Shown here: positions 50,208 to 60,101 of the stretch, one piece after another | Layout: each line of letters begins with the position of its first letter | How positions within the stretch are numbered: the stretch's first letter is position 1 | DNA from: Cladosporium halotolerans | Taxonomy: Eukaryota | Direction: 5' to 3' | NCBI RefSeq assembly: GCF_011745625.1 | Contig: NW_027191456.1 | Span: 248,001-312,000 of the forward strand | DNA length: 64,000 bases | The notes under the pieces: generated by a model | The model's database searches: none | What the model saw: only the letters and a program-made list of their open reading frames with translations | Told to the model about the DNA's origin: nothing | Position numbers and translations under genes: made by a program

Positions 50208-53200
50208 ATGGCCGCCGCCTTTGCCCACGCCGGCAATCACCTCGTTGGCGATTCTGTTTCGGCCATTAACGACGGCGACGATCTGTCAACCCTCGATGCT
50301 GGCGAGAGCGCCCTGGACAACGAATATGGACGCGGAAATCTGAACGGAGGCCCACGGCGCAGGCGCGTGGGTGACGATGACGAGACCGATCTTGGATTTG
50401 ACGATGATGATGCTGAGAGCCTCGCGAGCCATGCTGTGAATGGAGCGAACGGAGGAGCTGGTCAGCAGCCGGAGGAAGAGGAGGTTGAATTGCCGCCGCA
50501 CGCTTGTGCGTACTGTGGCATCCACAACCCGAGCAGCGTGGTCAAGTGCTTGTCTTGCAACAAATGGTTTTGCTCAGCCCGTGGCAACACTAGCTCGAGC
50601 CACATCATCAACCATCTTGTCCGCGCTAGGCACAAGGAGGTGCAGCTTCACCCGACTTCTCAGCTGGGAGAGACCACGCTTGAATGCTACAACTGCGGTA
50701 CAAAGAATGTCTTCTTGCTTGGTTTCATTCCCGCGAAGAGCGACACTGTTGTTGTGCTGCTTTGCCGTCAGCCTTGTGCCGCGATGCCGAGCAGCAAGGA
50801 CATGAACTGGGACACTTCTCGCTGGCAGCCGTTGATTGAGGATCGCTCCTTTTTGCCTTGGCTGGTTAGCGCGCCGACGGATCAGGAGCAGATGCGCGCC
50901 AGGCACTTGCCGCCTCAGGTGATCGCCAAATTGGAGGAGATGTGGAAGGACAACAGCAACGCAACAATTCAGGATCTGGAGAAGAACTCAGGGATTGATG
51001 ACGAGCCTGCGCCGGTATTGCTGCGCTACGACGATGCCTACCAGTACCAGAACGTCTTTGGTCCTCTCGTGAAGATCGAAGCGGATTACGACCGGAAGCT
51101 CAAGGAGTCTCAGTCTCAGGACAATCTGATTGTGCGCTGGGACTTTGGACTGAACAACAAGCATCTCGCCTCTTTCGTTCTCCCGAAGTTGGAGCTCGGC
51201 GATGTGAAGCTTGCAGTCGGTGATGAGATGCGTCTCCGCTACCAGGGGGAGCTGCGTCCGCACTGGGAAGGTGTAGGCTACGTGATCAAGATTCCCAACA
51301 ACCAGAGCGACGAAGTCAGCATTGAGCTGAGGGCGCGTGGTGATCACAAGAGCGTTCCGACTGAATGCACGCACAACTTCACCGCCGACTATGTCTGGAA
51401 GGCCACCTCTTTTGATCGCATGCAGCACGCCATGAAGACCTTTGCTATCGACGAGATGAGTGTCTCTGGCTACATCTTCCACCGTCTCCTTGGCCACGAA
51501 GTCGCCGCCGCGCCGATGAAGACGCAGATGCCTCGCAAATTTAGCGTCCCGGGTCTCCCTGAGCTCAACGGCTCCCAAATCAACGCTGTCAAGAGCGTCT
51601 TACAGAAGCCGCTGAGTTTGATCCAAGGGCCTCCTGGTACTGGCAAGACCGTAACCTCTGCGACTATCATCTACCACCTTAGTAAGATCAATGGTGGTCA
51701 GGTTTTGGTTTGCGCACCTTCGAACGTGGCTGTTGATCAGCTCACGGAGCGCATTCATCTTACTGGTCTCAAGGTCGTCCGTGTCACCGCCAAGTCTCGC
51801 GAGGATGTCGAGTCCAAGGTCGGCTTCCTTTCTCTGCACGAGCAGGTTCGCATGAACGACACCAATGTCGAGCTCAACAAGCTCATGCAACTGAAGAGCG
51901 AGCTTGGCGAGCTCAGCAGCCAGGACGAGAAGAAGTTCAAATCACTCACTCGTGCCGCTGAACGTGAGGTTCTGACCAACGCCGATGTCATTTGCTGCAC
52001 TTGCGTCGGTGCCGGTGATCCTCGCCTTGCTAAGCTCAAATTCCGCACGGTCCTGATTGATGAGAGCACGCAGTCTGCTGAGCCAGAGTGTATGATTCCG
52101 CTTGTGCTCGGCTGCAAGCAGGTCGTCCTTGTTGGAGACCACCAGCAGCTTGGTCCTGTCATCATGAACAAGAAGGCTGCCAAGGCTGGTCTGAACCAGT
52201 CCCTTTTCGAGCGTCTTGTCATTCTTGGTTGCGCACCGATCCGTCTGCAAGTGCAATACCGCATGCACCCTTGTCTGTCTGAGTTCCCCAGCAACATGTT
52301 CTACGAAGGTTCTCTGCAGAATGGTATCACCATGCACCAGCGCCTGCGCCGCGATGTCGACTTCCCATGGCCTGTTGTTGACAACCCCATGATGTTCTGG
52401 TCGAACTTGGGATCTGAGGAGATTTCCGCTTCTGGTACCAGTTTCCTGAACAGGACTGAAGCGCAGAATGTTGAGAAGATCGTAACTCGTTTCTTCAAGG
52501 CCGGAGTCAAGCCGGAGGACATCGGTGTTATTACGCCGTACGAGGGCCAGCGCAGCTTTGTCGTCCAGAGCATGCAGCAAAGCGGCACTTTCAGAAAGGA
52601 ATACTACAAGGAGATTGAGGTCGCATCCGTCGACGCCTTCCAGGGTCGTGAGAAGGACTTCATCGTTCTTTCTTGCGTGCGCAGCAACGAGCACCAGGGC
52701 ATTGGGTTCTTGTCTGACCCACGCCGTCTGAACGTCGCCCTCACCCGTGCCAAATACGGTCTTGTCATTCTCGGCAACCCTAAGGTTCTCAGCAAGCATC
52801 CGCTGTGGCACTACCTTTTGTTGCACTTCAAGGAGCGCAACACTCTCGTCGAGGGCCCTCTGAACAACCTGCAGGTCTCTCTACTTCAATTCAGCAGGCC
52901 GAAGACCTCCTACCGTGGCCCTCAGCGCTACCAGATGACCCACCAGACTGCGAACCAAATGGCTGCTCCCTCGAACGGCGGTCGTATGAACGGCGGCCCA
53001 GCACCCCGTGGCGGCGACGGTAGCGTGGTTGGATACATCCCTGACGATGTGAGCTCTGTCCATTCTTCTGCGCTCGGTGGAGGTGCTGCGCTTAACGCCC
53101 AGTACCCGCCGATGTTCCAGGGCTTCCAGGATACGTGGCCTGCGATCTCCGCCAGCCAGCGCAACCTCTCTGGCGGTGCTCCGGGAATGCCGCACCATCA

Positions 53201-53531
53201 CCACCATCACCCGCAGCACCGCGCTCCCGAATCTGTTGCCGGAGATAGTGTGGCCGGAACCGAAGTCACCGACATCACTACCAATGGCTCTTCTAAGCAG
53301 CCGGGCCAAGGTGGTGTGAGCCTTGCTGGCCTCAGCATCAACGATCTCAACAAGCAGGCTTCGCTGTCACAGTCTGACAAGCTTAGACGCTATGTCGAGG
53401 GTCAAGGCGCACCCCAACCGCCAATTGGCAGCGGTAGGGTGAACCGTTCGATGCTGGAGCAGGATGAGGATGCCAGGAGTGTTAGTACTGCTTTCGCAAG
53501 CCAAGTTGGCGGCGTTGGCGGATACGACTGA
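50208..53531 (+). CDS. UPF1: Nonsense-mediated decay RNA helicase Upf1
   Basis: CH domain ([19 protein letters not shown]), [35 protein letters not shown] and RLNVALTRA. Confidence 0.97.
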   Translation: MAAAFAHAGNHLVGDSVSAINDGDDLSTLDAGESALDNEYGRGNLNGGPRRRRVGDDDETDLGFDDDDAESLASHAVNGANGGAGQQPEEEEVELPPHACAYCGIHNPSSVVKCLSCNKWFCSARGNTSSSHIINHLVRARHKEVQLHPTSQLGETTLECYNCGTKNVFLLGFIPAKSDTVVVLLCRQPCAAMPSSKDMNWDTSRWQPLIEDRSFLPWLVSAPTDQEQMRARHLPPQVIAKLEEMWKDNSNATIQDLEKNSGIDDEPAPVLLRYDDAYQYQNVFGPLVKIEADYDRKLKESQSQDNLIVRWDFGLNNKHLASFVLPKLELGDVKLAVGDEMRLRYQGELRPHWEGVGYVIKIPNNQSDEVSIELRARGDHKSVPTECTHNFTADYVWKATSFDRMQHAMKTFAIDEMSVSGYIFHRLLGHEVAAAPMKTQMPRKFSVPGLPELNGSQINAVKSVLQKPLSLIQGPPGTGKTVTSATIIYHLSKINGGQVLVCAPSNVAVDQLTERIHLTGLKVVRVTAKSREDVESKVGFLSLHEQVRMNDTNVELNKLMQLKSELGELSSQDEKKFKSLTRAAEREVLTNADVICCTCVGAGDPRLAKLKFRTVLIDESTQSAEPECMIPLVLGCKQVVLVGDHQQLGPVIMNKKAAKAGLNQSLFERLVILGCAPIRLQVQYRMHPCLSEFPSNMFYEGSLQNGITMHQRLRRDVDFPWPVVDNPMMFWSNLGSEEISASGTSFLNRTEAQNVEKIVTRFFKAGVKPEDIGVITPYEGQRSFVVQSMQQSGTFRKEYYKEIEVASVDAFQGREKDFIVLSCVRSNEHQGIGFLSDPRRLNVALTRAKYGLVILGNPKVLSKHPLWHYLLLHFKERNTLVEGPLNNLQVSLLQFSRPKTSYRGPQRYQMTHQTANQMAAPSNGGRMNGGPAPRGGDGSVVGYIPDDVSSVHSSALGGGAALNAQYPPMFQGFQDTWPAISASQRNLSGGAPGMPHHHHHHPQHRAPESVAGDSVAGTEVTDITTNGSSKQPGQGGVSLAGLSINDLNKQASLSQSDKLRRYVEGQGAPQPPIGSGRVNRSMLEQDEDARSVSTAFASQVGGVGGYD

Positions 53532-54657
53532 TTGAGAAATGGTCTGATAATGGTTCCAAGGCGCTTTTAGTTCCCGAGATTTTGGGATATGCGTTGAACG
53601 TCCTTTGACACGACTATTTCGCACGCTTACTAGGGACGATGCGACTCCGAAACGAATGCGACGATCATCCGCCAGATGAAACGCGTTCCTGAATCTGTCA
53701 ATCCGTCTGACACTCACGACGAAGACCGTCCAAGGATGAACGCCATACTCATGGATGCCGGGCATCTCGAAAGACCGCCAGTGTCACGCGCGTCATCCCA
53801 GCCTGTCGAGGGAGCTCTTCACGTATCACTTGCATGGAATTGTGGCAGATATCTCGCCGCAGTACTTCTCAGCTGGGCCCAGTCCTCGCAAACATCACAA
53901 CGGCCTACTCAGCACTGTTGTAGTGCGAGTTACGTCAAGTGCCCAGCAAGTCGGGGAACTCAGCCAATTGAGCTCGCCTATGTCAGTGAATGGTAGACAG
54001 AGGTGGATGATCAGACGAGGAAGGGCGCGCTCCGACCGAAAAAAATTGCACTATTTGCTGATTTCTTGATATTACTTTGCTTGCGTTCTGCAAATCGCGA
54101 TAGGCAAGGTTCTATCGTCCCCGATCTTCACTGCAAGAAAGGTGACGGCAGAGCTTGCTGTGTCACTCGCTTGACTTGTTGGTAGCTTCTATAGGGAGGT
54201 ATCAGATTGCTATCTGTTGATATCTCAGACGGCCTCTACTTTGGGGACCGATATCTCGCCATTCGAGCCACGACGACGTTGCAGTATCCGAATGAATAGA
54301 CGCTGGTCGTATATGGCTGCGCGTTTGATGTCAACTGAGGGTTTTGCTAACTGGCCATGATTGCTCTTGTCCGAACAAAGCTTACGCCCGCTGATAGATT
54401 GCTGCAGACTCCGTGACCGCCCGACAGTGTCACTGATCTTTCACGAGAGGCTGCATGAAGATATTGTTTGAAAGAAACGGCTCTGAAAGAAGCCTGGGAC
54501 ACCTCTGGAGCCTTGAGACACATTTCGTCAGAAGGTAGGTCTTTTCGAAGCGAGCCTGCAGCGCCCATGCATGCAGCGCGCGCGCAAACAATGTCTCACA
54601 GCCGTTTGCTCAGCAATTGAAGGCTCATACGGCGTGGAGCAATCGAGATTGTCGTCC

Positions 54658-54664
54658 TATAAAA
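54658..54664 (+). promoter_or_regulatory. Candidate TATA box of the Argonaute gene
   Basis: TATAAAA about 60 nt upstream of ATG 54723. Supported by position only. Confidence 0.4.
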
Positions 54665-54722
54665 CGTCGTCGCGGAATGGAGAGCAGCTTTGCTTACAGA
54701 CCTCTTCCGTCATCAACACACC

Positions 54723-57700
54723 ATGTCAGGATACGGCTATGGATACCAAGGTGGTGGTGGTGGCGGCGGACAACAAGGCCGTCACCAGAGCGGTCGGAAT
54801 CCCGCCAACCCGCCGCAATGTCACACCTGTTGGGGCTTTGGCCATGAACCAAGACATTGTCCAAATCATCAGATGTTCAACGGACCAGATCATCATACTC
54901 GGTGTTTTAATTGCGGCGGACAAGGCCACTCCGGACCAATCTGCATAGCTGCCGCCGGCCAACAACAACCATTTGTGCCGCCCGCCGTCCAAGGGTTTGC
55001 ATACCAACAGCCCCTTCCAGCACCTCAGCAACCTTTTGCGCCATCTCAAGGATACTTGCCAGCATCCCAGCCTCCTTGGGCAGCAAGGACATTTCCAAGT
55101 ACTGGTGCAAATGAGGGCGAACAACTCTCTCAAGGAGGCAACGGAGGCCACATGAGGGATTCAACGAGTTATCCATATCTATCGAACCCCCAGGGGTACG
55201 ATCCTAACGCACCAATCTTCATTCCTGCAACAGGCACCGCCCCAAGTGCTAACAATCGCCCTTGGATCGTCTCCAGTTCCGTCTTGAACACCAGCCACAC
55301 CTCCGAGCAACTCGTTGTTCAAACAGCAGTCAACAATCCATCTGAGAAATCGCAACTTGGCCTCTTGGAATCGCTCCAGAGCAATGGCTTCCGGACTGAT
55401 GTCGCATCCACCGGTGCCAGAAGCACAGTTCTCACCAACTTCTTGAGTATCAAGCAGCGCCCGACCACCCTTTTTGTTTACACCATCGAATTCATCAAAG
55501 GGTTCGATGATCACGAAAAGCCCGTAAGCGTGAAGCACAAGTTCGATAGACAGGGACTGTTTGACTCAATGGTCAACGACACTGCATACGTGCAGCTCCA
55601 GCAAAATGCCCACAAATGGGTGACTGATTTCTACAACATCTGGTCTGCCGTTCCCTTGTTCCACGACATCGACTACACCAGGGTTCCCAACGCCATTCCC
55701 ATCCAAGGTGCTCAGAATCCGAATTCTGGTAAGAGAATATCGAACGTGGAGGTTGCACAGATTATCTTCCATCGCACGATCGACCTGCAAAAGACCATCG
55801 GTCAACTGTACAGCAAAACAACCGGTGGCCTGAAAGGAAACACCGACGCGGCATTGCTTTCCCGCGGGCTAAATGCAATCATCACTCGCCATGCTACAAA
55901 TACAGCACGGCAAGCTAACCCAACCCTGATCCAATCCGGCGCCTATAAGTTCTACCAGACTGCTCGCTCATTCGAACTCGTCACATTTCGCTCGAATATC
56001 GTCAAGGGTCTGCATGGGTTCTTTGTCTCGGTCCGACCTGGCTCACAGCAACTCCTTCTCAACGTCAACCTTCGCTGCTCCCCATTCTTGAAGGGAAAGA
56101 TCAAGGCATGGGATGTCATCAATGCAGTCAACCGCGATTTCAGCCAAGCTTCTGCAATTCTCCGCGGTGTGAAAGTCAGCATACACGCGAGCCAACAACT
56201 AGAGTTCGTGACCAGTGTGGAGAATCGATTCAATGGCCGCAGCGTCAATGTTGGCAAAGACCCACGCAAGCACCCTGGGCGCGAACAATGGGAGTTCCCA
56301 GACAAGCTGCAGACCGCGGAGCTTTCCCCCTATCGGCAGCAATTGAACCCGGTGCAGACAAGCAAAATGATCAAAGAGGCTTTGAAGAGACCCAGCGAAT
56401 ACTGCGAGGATATCATGGGTAATGTGCTCGCAGAGTTGGGCCTCCAGCCTACCTCGACTTTCTCTTCTGATCTGGCGAGAGACTTCGGAATTGTTGTTGA
56501 AAGCAAGCTCTGCAGCGTTCCCTGTCGGTTCTTTTCTGCCCCCAAACTCCAGTATGAGAAGATCCTTGAGCCTCGTGATGGTAAAGGAGACTGGCAGTTG
56601 ACATCTGAAAAGCTGTTCTCCCCATGTCACAAATTGCAGGTGACTGTGTTGGACTTAACAGGATTGGCGGCATACTGGCCCAGGGAATATGTGCAACCGG
56701 CTGAGGATTTTCCGGAGCGGTTCGAAAAAGTCTTCCGAAAAGCCATAGCTTCCTTGGGCATCACACTGAGTTCTTGGAGCTATCCGAATCATCACATCCA
56801 GCAAGATTCAACAGGAAAACTCTCCGAGGACTCCATCTATCAGGTGTTGCAGCGCCAGCAAAGCCTTACGAGCAGCGAAAAGGGTATAGTGGCATTCATT
56901 TTCTTGATACCTCAAAAGGATTATGATCTTTACGCCATGATCAAGCGCGTCGCAGATCTCCGCATGGGAAATAACACCACTTGCCTTGTTGGTAACTCAA
57001 ACGTACTGAAATTTCACTCCAACACTTCACACAGTGTTCAACATTGCGCCAATGTTGGACTGAAGCTCAACCTCAAAGATGAAAGTGGTGTCAATCACTA
57101 TATCGAACGAGCAAAGTTCATCGAGCTCTTCACGCCCTCAGATTACGCCTGCCAATCCGAATGCGACACTATCGTCATCGGCGCGGATGTCACTCATCCC
57201 GTTGGCCACTGTGCCCCTGGCTGTCCATCGATCGCCGCTGTGGTGGGAAGTGTCGATGACAACTTCGCGACATTTCCCGGGTCGATGCGCCTCCAGCGCG
57301 GGAGACAGGAAGTCATCGCGAACCTGGCTGACATGGTTAAGGAGCGTCTGATAGACTGGGCGGGCAAGCATGAGGGGCGGCTTCCCGGTATGATGCTTTT
57401 TTACCGCGACGGTGTTGGTGAAAACCAGTTCGAAACCGTCCGTGAGAAAGAAATTTCCCAGGTGCAGCAGGCTTATGACATGGCTTACAAATATCTCAAC
57501 AAGGAGAGCTATGCTACTGGACCTGGGAAGAAGGAGAGCCTGTACCCATTCAAGGTGACTTTCATCATCGTCGGAAAACGGCACAACACTCGTTTCTTCC
57601 CTCAATCATTGAAGGACAGCATCCCCAATGGGAACGTGAAGCCTGGCTTGGTCGTCGACCAGGTCATTACGCATCCATACATCACCGACTTTTACCTAAT

Positions 57701-58100
57701 GTCGCATGCAGCGATCCAGGGTACTGGCAAGCCAGCTCACTACTTCGTCCTCAAGAACGGCATGGCGCTCAGCTCTGACCGCCTTCAGGAAATCACTCAC
57801 GCCTTCTGCTACAACTACGCCCGCGCTACCAGGAGTGTCTCGTACTGTGCCCCGGCATACTACGCTGACCGCCTCTGCGATCGTGGCAGAGCTTACATCC
57901 GTGACTGGCTTGTCGGCAGGGTCAATGCTCAGCCACACATGAAGCGCGACAACGAGTCATCAGAGGCGCACCGCGATCGTGTTGCATCTTTCCTCCAAGA
58001 CAGTCCTTACTACAACCACCACACAGCTTTGCAGAAGTACGGCCAGCCGCGTAAGAACCCGTGGCACCCAGATCTTGACAACAAGATGTTCTACTTGTGA
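54723..58100 (+). CDS. Divergent Argonaute (QDE-2-like) with two N-terminal CCHC zinc knuckles
   Basis: L1 GFFVSVRP..LLLNVN, MID YAMIKRVAD..NVGLKLNLK, and PIWI IGADVTHP, PSIAAVVGS, FYRDGVGE, VGKRHNTRFFP, GTGKPAHY, VSYCAPAYYADRLCDR. Intronless, 1125 aa. Confidence 0.93.
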   Translation: MSGYGYGYQGGGGGGGQQGRHQSGRNPANPPQCHTCWGFGHEPRHCPNHQMFNGPDHHTRCFNCGGQGHSGPICIAAAGQQQPFVPPAVQGFAYQQPLPAPQQPFAPSQGYLPASQPPWAARTFPSTGANEGEQLSQGGNGGHMRDSTSYPYLSNPQGYDPNAPIFIPATGTAPSANNRPWIVSSSVLNTSHTSEQLVVQTAVNNPSEKSQLGLLESLQSNGFRTDVASTGARSTVLTNFLSIKQRPTTLFVYTIEFIKGFDDHEKPVSVKHKFDRQGLFDSMVNDTAYVQLQQNAHKWVTDFYNIWSAVPLFHDIDYTRVPNAIPIQGAQNPNSGKRISNVEVAQIIFHRTIDLQKTIGQLYSKTTGGLKGNTDAALLSRGLNAIITRHATNTARQANPTLIQSGAYKFYQTARSFELVTFRSNIVKGLHGFFVSVRPGSQQLLLNVNLRCSPFLKGKIKAWDVINAVNRDFSQASAILRGVKVSIHASQQLEFVTSVENRFNGRSVNVGKDPRKHPGREQWEFPDKLQTAELSPYRQQLNPVQTSKMIKEALKRPSEYCEDIMGNVLAELGLQPTSTFSSDLARDFGIVVESKLCSVPCRFFSAPKLQYEKILEPRDGKGDWQLTSEKLFSPCHKLQVTVLDLTGLAAYWPREYVQPAEDFPERFEKVFRKAIASLGITLSSWSYPNHHIQQDSTGKLSEDSIYQVLQRQQSLTSSEKGIVAFIFLIPQKDYDLYAMIKRVADLRMGNNTTCLVGNSNVLKFHSNTSHSVQHCANVGLKLNLKDESGVNHYIERAKFIELFTPSDYACQSECDTIVIGADVTHPVGHCAPGCPSIAAVVGSVDDNFATFPGSMRLQRGRQEVIANLADMVKERLIDWAGKHEGRLPGMMLFYRDGVGENQFETVREKEISQVQQAYDMAYKYLNKESYATGPGKKESLYPFKVTFIIVGKRHNTRFFPQSLKDSIPNGNVKPGLVVDQVITHPYITDFYLMSHAAIQGTGKPAHYFVLKNGMALSSDRLQEITHAFCYNYARATRSVSYCAPAYYADRLCDRGRAYIRDWLVGRVNAQPHMKRDNESSEAHRDRVASFLQDSPYYNHHTALQKYGQPRKNPWHPDLDNKMFYL

Positions 58101-58656
58101 GGCACACGACTAGTCACTTCCTCGTCTCTTTTCGAGCTCACGCCACGGGCTTCACTTGGCCGACGTGATTTCTGTCTCTTTGCTTTTGCTTGGTGTCCCA
58201 GTTCGGCTGGCTGCCATTGTTTGTTGCGTTCGCGGAATCTTTGACAACGAGACGGCCTTGCTGTCGGAGAATAGATAGCCCGTAGATATCTGATACTTCC
58301 TCATTTTGTTGACCGAGTTTGGCCCTTCACTGCCTACAATGCTCTTCGTTGTCTGGAAAAATAGTTCAATTCATGAATTCGACTGACTTCATACAGGCTT
58401 CCATCATGTTCCTGATTGTCTTTGATCAAACTATTTGTGTACACATTTCATCGCGTCCCAAACCATCGTACAAACCCTGGCGAGAATTATCCGCGAGCGT
58501 CCTCCAGGACTCAGCTCAGCTCAGCCCTGCCTTTCTTAAGACACCGTAGACTATGTTACATCATAATACAAAAGCCTTGTAACACCTTCGCTAAAAAATC
58601 CATTCCCACCCTCGTAAAGCCGACAAAGGAGAAAAGTGCATGTCGTGATGCTGATG

Positions 58657-60101
58657 TCAATAGCCGTCTCTTGATCGTGACGGTTCCGGCATTGGAAGCG
58701 TCGTCTCGTTCTCTTCGCTCAATAAGTTCTTCATGCTGTCATTATTAGGATAAGGTTGCTGCGATGTTGTCACCAGTTTCTGGCCCTGGCTTTCCCGCCA
58801 TCGAGCCACTCGCTCGGGCAGTGATGACTTACGCTCGGGCAGCGAAGCTTTGCGCGCGTGCACCTCGGTCAACGGTGTTGGAGGGTGCGAGGTCAATGCT
58901 GTGAGATGCATGGTCTCCGGGTTATCATGCTTTTTGTTTGCAAGGAAGCTGAATGGCCGTATGTGTTGGTCGTTTCCGTTGTGGTCGTTGCTGATACGCT
59001 GGTCTTCAAGGTCGTTGTAACTTTGAGGCAGGGCAATTTCTTGGATGGTCGCACGTTTGGAGTCGTAGCCCGAGGAGTCCGGCTTGGTCTCTGTCGGAAC
59101 ACCGTGATTCGAGGAGGGGGTGGCGGGAAAGAGTCTGGGAAAAAGCCTGGTCATGCAGCTGCGAAGTGTCGGCAGGCATGAGCACAAGATGCCCACATTG
59201 AGCTCGACATTGCTCCAAAGAGCAGAAAGAGGACTCTCGTAAGTCACATCGGTGGTGATAGAGATGGGATAAATCCAGACAAGACGTAAGACGGAGACAA
59301 TGCAAGTGCTTTCAATTGTTAGCAAGGGTTGCCCGTGTACCATGCCAGGTCAACTCACCAGAAGCCAAAGCCAAAGACCACCATCAGCAGCATCTTTTGT
59401 TGTCTGGAGATAGGCAACGAGCTGACCAAGGGCAAAGGAAGGATAGCAGTGGCGAAATCAGTGGCAGCGTTGACTGCAGCAGCAGAATACCAGACACCCA
59501 ATCTGTTCATGCATTTGCCTTCAATGGTTCGCTCCCAGAAGTGTCGAACAGGAATGCACATGAAGACTCCGCTGAGGATTGCCCAAAGGCTACATGCTGT
59601 CACCATGGCGATGAGGGTGTAACAGATGACCCGGAAATGCTTCTGGACGAAGACTCTGAGATATTGCAACAGGATCGAAATCTTGACGCAGAAAAGGCCA
59701 GCGTAGTATATCCAGATGGACACCCAGAACCAGAAGAATCCATTTGTCCTGGCTTGCTCAGTGAGGTCCCAGTAGTGCTGTCCCATTCCGTGCCTTACTG
59801 TGATGAAGTTAGCCATGAAATGCTAGAATTTGAGTAGGGTTGACTTACGCCTTTCGCACGTGGTGACCGTATGCACGATAGCAAAAATCTTCAGATGGTC
59901 AGCAAATGGCTCTCAGGAAGTTTCCGTAGTCGTCTCGGAACATACACAACCAGCACAAATGATGGCATCATCCCAACCCGCTTTCTTCACGATTACAATG
60001 CGTGTGAAAAGCCGCGCAGCAACGGCAAAGACGCCCAGCAAAGTTCCGACTGTCATGGTCGCAATGACCGCTTGATCGGTAGTGTGGCCGGAAATCGCCA
60101 T
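58657..60101 (-). CDS. PTH11-like (fungal rhodopsin-domain) integral membrane protein, ~4 exons
   Basis: ARLFTR..GWDD, HGMGQH, KISILLQYLRVF, CIPVRHFW, TDFATAILPLP and WSNVELNVGILCSCLPTLR. No CFEM domain is visible. Confidence 0.88.

Noticed and set aside
54819..54944. Zinc knuckles as the remnant of a retrotransposon gag
   Set aside because: No LTR, protease, RT or integrase sequence is visible nearby, and the knuckles are in frame with the Argonaute. An ancient gag origin cannot be excluded.
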